From assembly GCA_029555025.1 (NCBI GenBank), contig JAKPTZ010000001.1, positions 9,782 through 73,781 on the forward strand: DNA of 64,000 nucleotides. The letters are read 5' to 3'. Origin of the DNA: Deltaproteobacteria bacterium (GTDB lineage Bacteria > Myxococcota_A > UBA9042 > DTJE01). Positions 1 through 9,888 of this stretch are shown piece after piece (the stretch's first letter is position 1; the number at the start of each line of letters is the position of its first letter). The notes below the pieces were generated by a model, which saw nothing but the letters and a program-made list of their open reading frames with translations, searched no databases and had not been told where the DNA came from. Both the position numbers and the translations under genes were made by a program.

Positions 1-96
1 AACATCGGGAAGCTACCCGCGGATAAAGACCTTGCGATTGTATCCGAATCGGGCGCACCGGTGTTACGTCAAGGGGGTTAAGGTCAGCGGTTTCGG

Positions 97-648
97 TCAG
101 AAGGCGGTCATGCACTCGATTTCGACGTCGGCCAGCCTGGCGCGTCCGTTCAGTTCGGACGGAAGCTCGACCATGAACGCCGCGACCGCCACCTCGGCGC
201 CCATCTCGCGGACCAGCCGCACCGCGGCAGACATGGTGCCGCCGGTCGCAAGCAGGTCGTCGATAATCATGACGCGGTCGCCGGGTTGAATCGAGTTCTC
301 GTGAACCTCGATGGTGTCCGTTCCGTATTCAAGTGTGTACTTCACGCTGCGGGTTTTGAAGGGAAGCTTGCCCGGCTTGCGGAACAGCACCAGCGGCAGG
401 CCAAGGTCGGCCGCGACCGGCGCCGCGAACACGAAGCCGCGCGACTCGATGCCGGCGATCTTGGTCGCGCCGTGCTTTTCGGCCGCTTCGGCAAAGAATC
501 CCAGCGCGGCCTGGAACGCCTCGGGCTGTTCCAGGACGGTCGTGATGTCGCGGAAAAGGATGCCCGGCTTCGGGAAGTCGGGAATGCAGCGGATGTTGTC
601 GCGGACAAGCTGCTCAATCGGGTCATCGACGCGTCTGTCTTCGTGCAT
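97..648 (-). CDS. apt: adenine phosphoribosyltransferase
   Basis: ORF 97..690(-). It has IPDFPKPGILFRDIT near the N-terminus and the PRPP-binding motif VMIIDDLLATGGT. I trimmed the start to the ATG at 648 (MHEDRR...), which has GGGAGG 6 nt upstream. Confidence 0.9.
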   Translation of the reverse strand: MHEDRRVDDPIEQLVRDNIRCIPDFPKPGILFRDITTVLEQPEAFQAALGFFAEAAEKHGATKIAGIESRGFVFAAPVAADLGLPLVLFRKPGKLPFKTRSVKYTLEYGTDTIEVHENSIQPGDRVMIIDDLLATGGTMSAAVRLVREMGAEVAVAAFMVELPSELNGRARLADVEIECMTAF

Positions 649-667
649 CTTCAGCCTCCCTGAAAAG

Positions 668-1432
668 TCATTCCTGATCGTCCGGGACATTTGCCCAGGC
701 CAGGTGCTTGACTGCGTGATGGGCCATCAAATCCGGGCTGACCGGGCTGATCGACCCCCAGCCTTCGGCGACCGCGCCGGTATCCGAATCCGGGGAAAGC
801 TCGTTCGTGACGCGCGTCCCACCCACCCACAGGTACTTGCCGCCCCGCGGATCCTCGCGCGTAAGAACCTCGTTTGAATACTGGCGGTTGCCGAGCCTGG
901 TGACCTTGAACCCCTTGAATTCGCCAATCGTCCGATCCGGTATGTTGACGTTCAGCGTGACCCCGTCCGGGACACCATTCAAGACAATCCTGGCGACCAT
1001 TGAATCCACGGCGGCCCCGATCTCATTGAAGTCGAATGAACCCCTTGAAACCATTGAGAATGCCGCCGATGGAACCTTCTGTATGGTTCCTTCCATGGCG
1101 GCCCCGACCGTGCCCGAATAAAGCACGTCGAAACCAAGATTGGGCCCGCGATTCACGCCGGAAAAGACGAAGTCCGGCCGTCGCGGCAGAATGTGGTTCA
1201 AGCCGATGAACACGCAGTCAACCGGTGTTCCGTTAAGCGCGAAGCGCCTTTGGCCGACCTGGGTGTATCGCAGCGGCTCGGTCAGGGTGATCGCATGGGA
1301 AACGCCGCTCTTCTCGGAGTCCGGCGCCACGACCCAGACCTCTCCGTGGGCTTCGGCGGCCCTGATAAGCGGATCAAGTCCGGTGGAAAGGATTCCATCA
1401 TCGTTCGTGACAAGGATAAGTGGCTTGCTCAT
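668..1432 (-). CDS. surE: 5'/3'-nucleotidase SurE
   Basis: ORF 668..1597(-). It carries the SurE N-terminal signature ILVTNDDG and the GxNxGxN-like motif SGVNRGPNLG. I trimmed the start to MSKPL (ATG at 1432). The 55 upstream codons are Arg/Ser-rich and look non-coding. Confidence 0.9.
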   Translation of the reverse strand: MSKPLILVTNDDGILSTGLDPLIRAAEAHGEVWVVAPDSEKSGVSHAITLTEPLRYTQVGQRRFALNGTPVDCVFIGLNHILPRRPDFVFSGVNRGPNLGFDVLYSGTVGAAMEGTIQKVPSAAFSMVSRGSFDFNEIGAAVDSMVARIVLNGVPDGVTLNVNIPDRTIGEFKGFKVTRLGNRQYSNEVLTREDPRGGKYLWVGGTRVTNELSPDSDTGAVAEGWGSISPVSPDLMAHHAVKHLAWANVPDDQE

Positions 1433-1469
1433 AACTGGTCGATTCCGTATTAAGTGTCGCCCGCATACG

Positions 1470-3875
1470 TCAGAAGGCGCCGATATTGAACTCGAACACG
1501 ACCGGCGGGTCTCCCTCGCGCGGATTGATCGGGAAACCCCACTCGAAACGCAGCGGTCCGATCGGCGACCACCACCGGATGCCAAGGCCGGCCGCAAGCT
1601 GGAAGTTCAGCGGATTCGGCCATTCCGTATCGTCGAAAGCGTTGCCGGCGTCGAAGAACACGACACCCTTGATTCCCATCGCCTTCAGGATCGGGAATTC
1701 GACTTCGAAGTTGACGATCAGTTCCTTGTTGCCGCCAATCGTGAAGTACGACAGCGAGGATGCCGGGTCGCGGCTGGCCCCGACGGGGATCGATGGGCCC
1801 AGGGATGCCTGCTCGTATCCGCGGATCGTGAAGATGCCGCCGCACTGGAAGCGCTGGAAGATCGGAACCGGTCCGCCCTTCGGGTTGAAAATGTAACCGT
1901 ACCGAAGCGCGATCTTTCCAACGGCGCCCAGGAAAAGCGGGAAGTACTGCTTGGTACTTGCGCGGAACCGAAGGTAATCAAAGCTGGATCCGATCTCCGA
2001 ACCTGCCCATTCCATGCTCAGGCTGGTGACGTTGCCCTTCGTCGGGAACATGCGGTCGTCGCGGTTGTCGAACGCGGCCGTCAGCGTGATTGAACTGGTC
2101 AATCCGTTCAGGTTCATGTTGGCGACGGGAACGTCGAAGAAGTCCTCCTGTCCGCCGGCCTTGACATCCACCATTTCGAGGTTGTAGGTGGCCGCGACCG
2201 AGAAATAGTCGGCAAAGCGCCGGCCGATTGTCAGGCTCATGCCGGTCGAGTTTTCGTCGTACGTGTAATTGATGTAGTCGCGGTTGTACGCGGAAAATCC
2301 GAACGTCCATTCGGAGTCGAAGAAGTTCGGATCCTCGAACGAGAAGACGAAGTACTTCCTGATGCTGGACAGGCTTGCTTCCAGTCGCAGCGACTGTCCG
2401 CGTCCCAGGAAGTTCTGCTTGCTGATCTGGGCCTGGAACAGGAAGTTCTCGACCGAACTGAAGCCCGCGCCGATCGAGAACGCGCCGGTCTGGCGCTCCT
2501 TGACCCGCACCGTCAGGATTACCTGATCCGGTCCGTCGCCCTGCCTGGGAACAATCTCGACTTCCTCGAAGAAGCCCAGGCGGCGAATCCTGGCCTCGGA
2601 ACGTTTCATCTGCGTCTCGTTGAACATGTCGCCTTCATAGACGCGCAGTTCACGGCGGATTGTCCAGTCCCTGGTGCCTTCGTTGCCGGTGATGTCGATT
2701 CGCGTAATCCTGGCCTTGACGCCCTTCTGGATGATGTACGTGAAATCCAGGATCAGGTTCTTCTGATCCATGTTGGTCGTATTTCCGACATTGCAGAAGG
2801 CGTAACCTTCGTCCTTGTACTTCGTCAGGAGTCCCATAGCGTCCTTCTGGACGTTTTCCGCGTTGAAGATGTCGCCTTCCTTCAACGCCAGCTTCTTCAT
2901 CAGGTCTTCCTTCGGGAAGATGATGTCGCCGCCGATGTCAACCTTGCCGACCTTGTACTGCGGCCCTTCATGAATCGTTATCGCGATGGCGATGTGCTTG
3001 CGGTCGCGGGACAGCATCACGACCGGCTCCTCGATCTTGACCTCGGCGTAACCCTTCGTGTTATAGAAGAATTCCAGCCGCCGAACGTCCATTTCAAGGT
3101 TTTCCTTGGCGAAAAGTCCCTTGCTGGAAACGATTGAAAGCAGGTCGCCTTCCTGGGTCTGCATGAATTTCTTAAGGTCCTGATCCGGGATGTTGTGGTT
3201 CCCCAGGAATTCAATCGACCTGACTTTGACCTTCGAGTGTTCGCGGATGACAAAAACGACATCGACGACATTGTCGGGCTTCGGATCCAGCCGATAGGAA
3301 ACCTCGGCCAGATAGTACCCTTCCTCGACGTAGTGCGCCTTGATGGCCTCGACCGACCGCTCGACCTTCCTCATGTCGAGGATCGTCGATTCCCGCACGA
3401 CGATCTTCTCCTTAAGCTTGTCGTTGTCGATCTTCTTGTTGCCTTCCGTCCTGACGACCGCAACGGCCGGGTATTCCTTCACCTCGAACACCAGAACGAC
3501 ACCATCTTCTTCCGGAATCGCGCGAGCCTGGATCGTTTCGAAGGCACCGGTCTTGTAAAGTGCCTTGATATCGCGTGAAACCCGGGCCGGATCCAGTTCC
3601 GAAAGCACGCCTGACTTGACGCGGCGAAGCACTGTGTCGCGATCGGTTCTCAGCAGGCCGGTGAAGCGAACCTCGCGGATAATCTTCGCGTCCGGGGTCG
3701 CGCTCGCGGCGGCCGCCTGGGCGGGGGCTTCTTCCTCGGGCTCTTCAGGCTCCGCATCCTCGATCGGGTCGATTTCAGCGGCGCCCGGTGCCCTGGCCTG
3801 GAGTGGTTCGGCAGCGGCCGGACAGGCCACGGCGACGAACAACAGCAGGGCAGCAACCGTAAGGGTTCGTTTCAA
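1470..3875 (-). CDS. bamA: outer membrane protein assembly factor BamA (Omp85 family)
   Basis: 801 aa with a signal peptide (LLLFVAVACPAAA) and an N-terminal half of POTRA-like repeats. The C-terminal beta-barrel half ends in ...FEFNIGAF (terminal aromatic residue). The start overlaps the lolD stop by 4 nt. Confidence 0.9.
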   Translation of the reverse strand: MKRTLTVAALLLFVAVACPAAAEPLQARAPGAAEIDPIEDAEPEEPEEEAPAQAAAASATPDAKIIREVRFTGLLRTDRDTVLRRVKSGVLSELDPARVSRDIKALYKTGAFETIQARAIPEEDGVVLVFEVKEYPAVAVVRTEGNKKIDNDKLKEKIVVRESTILDMRKVERSVEAIKAHYVEEGYYLAEVSYRLDPKPDNVVDVVFVIREHSKVKVRSIEFLGNHNIPDQDLKKFMQTQEGDLLSIVSSKGLFAKENLEMDVRRLEFFYNTKGYAEVKIEEPVVMLSRDRKHIAIAITIHEGPQYKVGKVDIGGDIIFPKEDLMKKLALKEGDIFNAENVQKDAMGLLTKYKDEGYAFCNVGNTTNMDQKNLILDFTYIIQKGVKARITRIDITGNEGTRDWTIRRELRVYEGDMFNETQMKRSEARIRRLGFFEEVEIVPRQGDGPDQVILTVRVKERQTGAFSIGAGFSSVENFLFQAQISKQNFLGRGQSLRLEASLSSIRKYFVFSFEDPNFFDSEWTFGFSAYNRDYINYTYDENSTGMSLTIGRRFADYFSVAATYNLEMVDVKAGGQEDFFDVPVANMNLNGLTSSITLTAAFDNRDDRMFPTKGNVTSLSMEWAGSEIGSSFDYLRFRASTKQYFPLFLGAVGKIALRYGYIFNPKGGPVPIFQRFQCGGIFTIRGYEQASLGPSIPVGASRDPASSLSYFTIGGNKELIVNFEVEFPILKAMGIKGVVFFDAGNAFDDTEWPNPLNFQLAAGLGIRWWSPIGPLRFEWGFPINPREGDPPVVFEFNIGAF

Positions 3876-4579
3876 GCGTCGCCCCCCACGGGATGAACTT
3901 TTCCGTCTTCCAGCTTCAAAATCCTGTGCATCCTTCCAGCCAGCTTCATGTTGTGGGTCGCCACAAGGAAGGCGACCCCGAACCGTTCGTTCACTTCCAG
4001 GAAAAGGTTGTGAACCTCCTCGCTGGTGGCGTCATCCAGATTTCCTGTCGGCTCATCGGCGATGATGAGCATCGGGCGCATTACAAGGGCCCGGGCAAGC
4101 GCCACGCGCTGCTGTTCGCCGCCTGACAGTTCCGAAGGGCGGTGCGTCATGCGGTGTTCAAGACCGACTGTCGTCAGCAGGTCGGTCGCGCGTTCGTCGG
4201 CTTCCCTGCGCGACAGTCCGCCGATTATCGCCGGAATCATCACGTTTTCCAACGCCGAGAATTCAGGAAGAAGATGGTGGAACTGAAAAATGAATCCGAT
4301 GCGCTTGTTGCGGAATGCCGCAAGCCCCGGTTCGTCCAGCTTGAAAACATCGATGCCGTCGAATCGTATGGTACCGCCGTCCGGCTTGTCGATTGTCCCC
4401 AGGATATGCAGCAGCGTGCTCTTCCCGACACCGGACTTCCCGAGTATCGCCGTCATTTCACGCGGTTCCATAACGAGATCCAGGCCGCGCAGGACGTTGA
4501 TTTCACGGCCGCCGTGGGAAAACATCCTTGTAAGACCGGATGCCTCAAGAAGCGGAGCCTGTCTGTTTTCGTTTTCCAA
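3872..4579 (-). CDS. lolD: lipoprotein-releasing ABC transporter ATP-binding protein LolD
   Basis: Walker [13 protein letters not shown] signature LSGGEQQR and Walker [13 protein letters not shown]. It lies immediately downstream of an FtsX/MacB-type permease. Confidence 0.88.
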   Translation of the reverse strand: MENENRQAPLLEASGLTRMFSHGGREINVLRGLDLVMEPREMTAILGKSGVGKSTLLHILGTIDKPDGGTIRFDGIDVFKLDEPGLAAFRNKRIGFIFQFHHLLPEFSALENVMIPAIIGGLSRREADERATDLLTTVGLEHRMTHRPSELSGGEQQRVALARALVMRPMLIIADEPTGNLDDATSEEVHNLFLEVNERFGVAFLVATHNMKLAGRMHRILKLEDGKVHPVGGDA

Positions 4580-4587
4580 GTCGCCAC

Positions 4588-6297
4588 CTAGTCGTTTCGA
4601 AGACCGTCGGCCGGGCTCATCGATGCAACCGCCGAAGTCGGGTAAATCGTCGCGATCAGGGCAGCCCCGAGAGCGGCCAGGGCGACGAGAGCCACGTCAA
4701 GCGCGCTGACGCTGACGGGCAGCCGTTCGATGTAGTATTCCTGGGGCAGGGCGATGCCGGCCGTCTTGATGTACAGGCAGGTCAGCAGCCCGAGCGCCAG
4801 GCCGGAAACGGTGCCGGTAAGGCCTATCACCCAACCGATGGTGAAATAGACCGACCTGATTCCGGATGCGGTCACGCCCATGCTCCGCAGCACGGCGATG
4901 TCCCGCGTTTTTTCCATCGTCACCAGCAGCAGCGACCCGAAGACATTGAATGCCGCAACCAGTATCACCAGTCCAAGCACCAGGAACATCGCTATTCTCT
5001 CGACCATCAGGGCGGAAAACAGGGATCTGTTGGTCTGCGTGACCGTCCTGACCCGGGAGCCTGGGACGCCGTCGGCGACCCCCTGAACTTCGGCGGCGAT
5101 TCCCTCCAGTTTCTGGATGTCGGACACCATGATTGCCATCTGTTCGCGGGATGCGCCGGAAAAAAGCCGGCGGCCGCTGTCCGCGAGCACGAAGGCCGTC
5201 TTCAGGTCGAACTCGTAAAGGCCGCTCTTGATGGTTCCCACGACCCTGAAGACCGAAGTCGATGGCTGGAGTCCAAGGGGACCGACATCCCCGTCCGGGA
5301 TCACCACCGTGACTTCGTCTCCTTCAGTGACGCCAAGTCCCAGCGCAAGCTCGGAACCAAGAATGATGCCGTCCCTTACCCTGACCCCGTCGTCCGGTTC
5401 CGCAATCGGCGGAACGTCGATCTCGTCGGGCGCCGCAATTGGGGGAACGTTGAGTTCGGCGGTCTCAACGCCAACGGTGGCGGCATCTTCGGCCTTCCTG
5501 CCTTCAGACGGTTGCGATGGAGCAATCCCGTCCCTGGCCGGCGGCTGAACCGCCGCTTCACCCGGTTCCGCCGCCTGGCGCGTGGCCGGATCCGGGAACA
5601 CGAAGCCAAGGTCCCTGTCGGAAATGGTTGTTTCCGGTCTTACAAGTCCCTCAAGCGCACCCCTTGAAACGGAATTCCGAAGCCAGCGGGCCTCAAGCGC
5701 ACCGCCCGGGGTGATTCCACGGATGGTTGTTCCCGGGCCCATGTTTGAGCTCGACGCCAGCAGCGCATCGCCCTGAACGAAAGATTCGGCCATCACCACG
5801 TCGGGAATGCGCCCGATCCGGTCGGCCATCGGCTGGCAGGTCTGTCCTCCGTCGAAGTCGTCGGCCGAAGCCGCGCACCGCTCGACGGTTATGTGTGGAT
5901 TGTTGCGGATGATCTTGTCCTTGAGGTCAAGCTCGAACCCGCTCATCACGGAAAGAACAACGATAAGCGCCCATACGCCGATTGCGGTTCCGGTCATCGC
6001 GATGAAGTTCTGCGTGGCGACCGGCACCAGGCGGCGGAACCAGGATCGCTTTTCCTCGCGGAAGCCAAGCAGGAAGCGCAGTGCCAGCAGCAGCTTCCAG
6101 GAGCCGGCGCCGCCCCTTTCGGAAAAGCGCTTCAGTGCCCGGACAATCATGCCGACAAGCACGGCGGTCATGATCAGGGAAGCAAGGATAACGCCGGTAA
6201 GTTGCACCGCGGGCAGCATGTATCCAATCGCCGCCCCGGCCCTTTCCAGCAGTCCTTCCAGCATTTTGCCCCGGAGGCCGTTTCCGGCCGCTTCCAT
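4588..6297 (-). CDS. LolC/LolE-family (FtsX-like) lipoprotein-release permease, atypically long
   Basis: 569 aa. The typical LolC/E beginning LLLALRFL...IAMTGTAIGVWALIVVLSVMSGFE is present, followed by a large periplasmic domain and a C-terminal FtsX-type 3-TM bundle (FLVLGLVILVAAFNVFGSLLL...). The start is uncertain: Met codons at 6297, 6264, 6171 and 6150 all lack a strong RBS. Confidence 0.82.
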   Translation of the reverse strand: MEAAGNGLRGKMLEGLLERAGAAIGYMLPAVQLTGVILASLIMTAVLVGMIVRALKRFSERGGAGSWKLLLALRFLLGFREEKRSWFRRLVPVATQNFIAMTGTAIGVWALIVVLSVMSGFELDLKDKIIRNNPHITVERCAASADDFDGGQTCQPMADRIGRIPDVVMAESFVQGDALLASSSNMGPGTTIRGITPGGALEARWLRNSVSRGALEGLVRPETTISDRDLGFVFPDPATRQAAEPGEAAVQPPARDGIAPSQPSEGRKAEDAATVGVETAELNVPPIAAPDEIDVPPIAEPDDGVRVRDGIILGSELALGLGVTEGDEVTVVIPDGDVGPLGLQPSTSVFRVVGTIKSGLYEFDLKTAFVLADSGRRLFSGASREQMAIMVSDIQKLEGIAAEVQGVADGVPGSRVRTVTQTNRSLFSALMVERIAMFLVLGLVILVAAFNVFGSLLLVTMEKTRDIAVLRSMGVTASGIRSVYFTIGWVIGLTGTVSGLALGLLTCLYIKTAGIALPQEYYIERLPVSVSALDVALVALAALGAALIATIYPTSAVASMSPADGLRND

Positions 6298-6327
6298 CCC
6301 GTCAAAGGGACGGGGTCAACGACAAGG

Positions 6328-7881
6328 TCATTTTTCCGGGCGGAGCATCGGGAACAGTATTACGTCCCTGATGCTGTCCGAACCTGTCATCAGCATCGCA
6401 AGCCTGTCGATGCCGATGCCTTCGCCCGCGGTCGGGGGAAGCGCGTACTGAAGTGCGCGGATGTAGTCCTCGTCGTATTCCATCGTTTCCTGGTCGCCGG
6501 CCGCCTTTGCGACCATCTGCGCCCGGAAGCGTTCTTCCTGATCCTGCGGATCGTTCAGTTCCGAGAACGCATTCCCGAATTCGTTCGTCGCGACATACAG
6601 TTCGAACCGATCGACCAGGGTCGGATCGGAATCCTTGCGGCGCGAAAGCGGGGAAATGGCCGCCGGGAAGTCGGTCACGAACGTCGGCTGGATCAGGTGC
6701 TGCTCCACGGTCTCCTCGAACACCATCATGCAGATTTCCAGGGCGCAGTTGCGCTGGGCGTTTGGATCCCGGGAATCCTGGTACTTCTTCATCACGATGT
6801 CGGCGGCCTTGCGGTCGATTCGGTGTTTCAGGCCCCATTCATAGGCCGCCCGTCCGTCATGGAACGCCTGTTCCGGAGCGTCGGCATATTCACGCAGACC
6901 CTCGCACACGGGAAGCCGGCGGAACGGCTTTCCCAGGTCGATATCGTGGCCGCGGAACTGCACGACGGTCTTTCCCAGGATGTCCCTGGCCATGGACTGG
7001 AAGAGATCCTCGGTCATGTCCATCAGGTCAAGATACGTCGCATAAGCCTGATACAGTTCGATCATGGTGAATTCCGGATTGTGACGGTTGGAAAATCCCT
7101 CGTTCCGGAAGTTGCGGTTCATTTCATAGACGCGGTCGAAACCACCGACGACAAGACGCTTCAGATAAAGCTCGGGTGCGATTCGCAGGTAAAGATCGAC
7201 ATCCAGCGTGTTGTGGTGTGTGACGAACGGCCTGGCGTTTGCCCCGCCCAGGATCGGATGCATCATCGGGGTTTCGACCTCGATGAAGTCCCTCTGATCC
7301 AGATAGTCGCGGATGTACTTGATTATCCTGGTTCTGGTCCGGAAAACCTCGCGGGAGTCGTCGTTGACGATCATATCGACGTATCTCATCCGCTGACGCA
7401 TCTCGGCGTCCTGCAGGCCGTGGAACTTCTCGGGCAGAGGTCTCTGGGACTTGGAAAGAATCCTGAAAGACTTCGCCTTGACGCTCAGTTCACCGGTTCT
7501 TGTAACGAAAAGCTCGCCCTCGACGCCGACGATATCGCCGATATCGAGCAACTTGAACCTTGTGAACGACATCTCGTCAACTTCGTCCTTCTTGACGTAA
7601 ACCTGCATCGTGTCCGAGCGATCCCTGACCCGGATGAAGGCCGCCTTGCCGAAAGAGTTGACCGCCATGGCGCGGCCGGCCACGCTGACCTGGATTGCCG
7701 CGGCCTCAAGTGCTTCGTTGGAAAGCTGTTCGCCGTCGGGGCCGATGCCACGGGCGCGTACGGTCGCAATGGATTCCGTAACGCGAAAATCGTTGGGATA
7801 CGCCGCACCATCGACTTCGCGCAGTTTCTGAAGCTTTTCGAGCCTCTGATCAATCAATGTATTTTCACTGGTTTCAATCAC
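6328..7881 (-). CDS. lysS: lysine--tRNA ligase (class II)
   Basis: 517 aa with an N-terminal OB-fold region and class II motifs: FRNEG, NPEFTMIELY and GEGIGIDRLAMLMTG. Confidence 0.95.
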   Translation of the reverse strand: MIETSENTLIDQRLEKLQKLREVDGAAYPNDFRVTESIATVRARGIGPDGEQLSNEALEAAAIQVSVAGRAMAVNSFGKAAFIRVRDRSDTMQVYVKKDEVDEMSFTRFKLLDIGDIVGVEGELFVTRTGELSVKAKSFRILSKSQRPLPEKFHGLQDAEMRQRMRYVDMIVNDDSREVFRTRTRIIKYIRDYLDQRDFIEVETPMMHPILGGANARPFVTHHNTLDVDLYLRIAPELYLKRLVVGGFDRVYEMNRNFRNEGFSNRHNPEFTMIELYQAYATYLDLMDMTEDLFQSMARDILGKTVVQFRGHDIDLGKPFRRLPVCEGLREYADAPEQAFHDGRAAYEWGLKHRIDRKAADIVMKKYQDSRDPNAQRNCALEICMMVFEETVEQHLIQPTFVTDFPAAISPLSRRKDSDPTLVDRFELYVATNEFGNAFSELNDPQDQEERFRAQMVAKAAGDQETMEYDEDYIRALQYALPPTAGEGIGIDRLAMLMTGSDSIRDVILFPMLRPEK

Positions 7882-8047
7882 TTTGAATTCTCCCGCGGGA
7901 AAGCGCGCCGTACCCTACCGGTAGAAGGTATAAATGTCAATCCCGGTGCGTGTGCGCCGCGAGCGTCCGGACACGCGTCCGCGTGCGTAAGGCGTTGCCT
8001 GGTTCGCTCCATTCCCTTGAATTCGCAGAACCGGGGTTTCAAATGAA

Positions 8048-8085
8048 CCGGTGCCCGTTCAATTTGTTTTTGAGCCGGGCACCGG
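8048..8085 (-). terminator. candidate hairpin downstream of rpoD
   Basis: CCGGTGCCCG (8048-8057) can pair with CGGGCACCGG (8076-8085), giving a 10-bp stem with an 18-nt loop. On the minus strand it is followed by TTCATTTGAAA. The loop is large and the U-tract is weak. Confidence 0.3.
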
Positions 8086-8139
8086 CTGAAGGGGCAATAA
8101 GATATTCAAACCCGGGCAGGCAGTCCGTAAACCGTGGAA

Positions 8140-9582
8140 TCAGGCATCCACCAGGAAACTGCCCATGTCACGTCCCGCGGCCGGGGCACGAAGCTTCTCA
8201 AGCGCCTTGACCTCGATCTGGCGCACTCGTTCCCGGGTGAGTCCGACGGCCTCGCCGACTTCCTCCAGGGTGTGTTCGCGCTTGCAACCGATGCCGAAGC
8301 GAAGGCGGACGACCGCCTCTTCCTTCGGGGACAGGCCGGCAAGGAGCCTTCTGACGCATGCGCTGAGGTTTTCGTCGCACGTCTCCTCGAAGGGCTGGCG
8401 TGAATTTGTGTCCTCGACAACGTCCATCAGCTTGTTGTCGTCGTCGCCGATCGGTGTTTCCAGGGAAATTGCCGACAGGATCGTCTTTTCGGCCCTGAAT
8501 ACCTGTTCAGCCGTGTATCCGGTCTCGGCGGCGATTTCTTCCATCGTCGGCTCGGCCCCGTTCTGTACCCGCAGCCTGGCCCTTGCGCGTCGAACCTTGT
8601 TGACGCATTCGACGAGGTGTATCGGAACCCTGATCGTCTTGCCGTGTTCGGCCAGCGTTCGGGATATCGACTGCCGGATCCACCACGTCGCGTACGTGGA
8701 AAATTTGTGGCCAAGGCGCCAGTCGAAACGGCTGACCGCCTTCATCAGGCCGATGTTGCCTTCCTGAATCAGATCCAGCAGGGGGATCCCGCGGTTGACG
8801 TACTTCTTGGCAATCGACACGACCAGGCGCAGGTTGGCGCGGATCATCCGTGAACGTGCCTTCTCGGCGCGGGCCTGGGCCCTTGTAAGGCCGGTCACCG
8901 CCTCCCGCAGTGCGTCGCCGCGCACGCCGAGTACCATTCCGGCGGCCTTGGCCGAGGCAGCGCCCGAGATCACGCCCGCATTCAGGTCGAGTGCCCCGAA
9001 GGCGCTGGCGTCGGCCTCGTCCATCGTGTTGATGCCCCGCGCGTCGTCTGAGAGCCGGCGAAGCTGATCCTGAAGGCTGCGGAGCACAAGCCGGACGATT
9101 CCGGCGCCGAACTTGAATTCGTGATACGCGTTGTAAAGGTTCAGGGAAAGAACATATTCGTCATGAACCTCGCCACCGCGCACCGAACCGGAAATCCCGT
9201 CAATTCTGTCAGCGAAATCCTGGAGTTCCTTTGAAAGCGACGGAGTCCAGTCCTCGTGGCTGCTTTCGTCAAGCAACGAAACGTCCAGAAGGCTTACTTC
9301 GCCGGATGTCAGCCTGTGCGGGAACCCGGTAAGGTGGTTCAGGCAGAAGGGAATCCGCACCATCCACAGGAAGCTTTCCTTCTCGCCGTCCTCGATCGTT
9401 CTTGCCAGCGACTGCTCCTGCTCGCGGGAGAGCAGAGCCGTGTCGCCAATGCGGCTGAGGTAGGCCATGATCGAATTCGACGTGATTTCGGAAACCGCGT
9501 CGTCGTCCATCAGAAGGGTACGCTGTTCGCCATCCTCGATGGCCTCTTCCAGGTCAAAAACCTTGTCTTCGCTGGCGTACAT
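8140..9582 (-). CDS. rpoD: RNA polymerase sigma-70 family factor (RpoD-like, group 1/2)
   Basis: ORF 8140..9900(-). Region 1.2 reads [19 protein letters not shown]. Region 2 reads [38 protein letters not shown]...[12 protein letters not shown]. Region 4.2 reads [29 protein letters not shown] trimmed the start to MYASEDK (ATG at 9582), which has GGAGGTG upstream. Confidence 0.88.
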   Translation of the reverse strand: MYASEDKVFDLEEAIEDGEQRTLLMDDDAVSEITSNSIMAYLSRIGDTALLSREQEQSLARTIEDGEKESFLWMVRIPFCLNHLTGFPHRLTSGEVSLLDVSLLDESSHEDWTPSLSKELQDFADRIDGISGSVRGGEVHDEYVLSLNLYNAYHEFKFGAGIVRLVLRSLQDQLRRLSDDARGINTMDEADASAFGALDLNAGVISGAASAKAAGMVLGVRGDALREAVTGLTRAQARAEKARSRMIRANLRLVVSIAKKYVNRGIPLLDLIQEGNIGLMKAVSRFDWRLGHKFSTYATWWIRQSISRTLAEHGKTIRVPIHLVECVNKVRRARARLRVQNGAEPTMEEIAAETGYTAEQVFRAEKTILSAISLETPIGDDDNKLMDVVEDTNSRQPFEETCDENLSACVRRLLAGLSPKEEAVVRLRFGIGCKREHTLEEVGEAVGLTRERVRQIEVKALEKLRAPAAGRDMGSFLVDA

Positions 9583-9833
9583 GGAACACCTCCACGGGGA
9601 AGTCCACGCCGGTTTGTATTGCATATTGCGGGCCACCTTCGGGACGAATTCTGAAGTTAAGGAAATAAAAGGTATTTCGAGCCAAACGCGAAAGTGTTTC
9701 AGGCGAGGGGCTTCGGCAGGGCCCGCCGAAGCGCACCGGATCGTGACAAAAATGTCGCGATGATTCGTCCGATGTCGCGGTTCTCGGAAGGGCTGAAATC
9801 GCGACTGTTGAAAGTGCGGTGTAACTCCTCGAA

Positions 9834-9881
9834 ACACAATCATTTGGGGGATACCTGTCGAATAACCCCAACATATAGTGG
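9834..9881 (+). promoter_or_regulatory. candidate tandem NrdR boxes upstream of nrdJ
   Basis: Box 1 at 9834-9849 (ACACAATCATTTGGGG) matches about 11/16 positions of the NrdR-box consensus acaCwAtATaTwGtgt as I recall it. Box 2 at 9866-9881, read on the reverse strand as CCACTATATGTTGGGG, matches about 12/16. The centre-to-centre distance is 32 bp, the usual tandem spacing. Confidence 0.4.
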
Positions 9882-9888
9882 TTTTTTC

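Noticed and set aside
1140-2093. 317-aa plus-strand ORF over surE/bamA
   Set aside because: It is antisense to surE and bamA and crosses their intergenic gap. I recognised no motifs.
5893-8046. 717-aa plus-strand ORF spanning the lolC/E and lysS regions
   Set aside because: It is antisense to two genes with unmistakable homology motifs. The translation is Arg/Gly/His-rich low-information sequence, typical of stop-poor antisense frames in GC-rich DNA.
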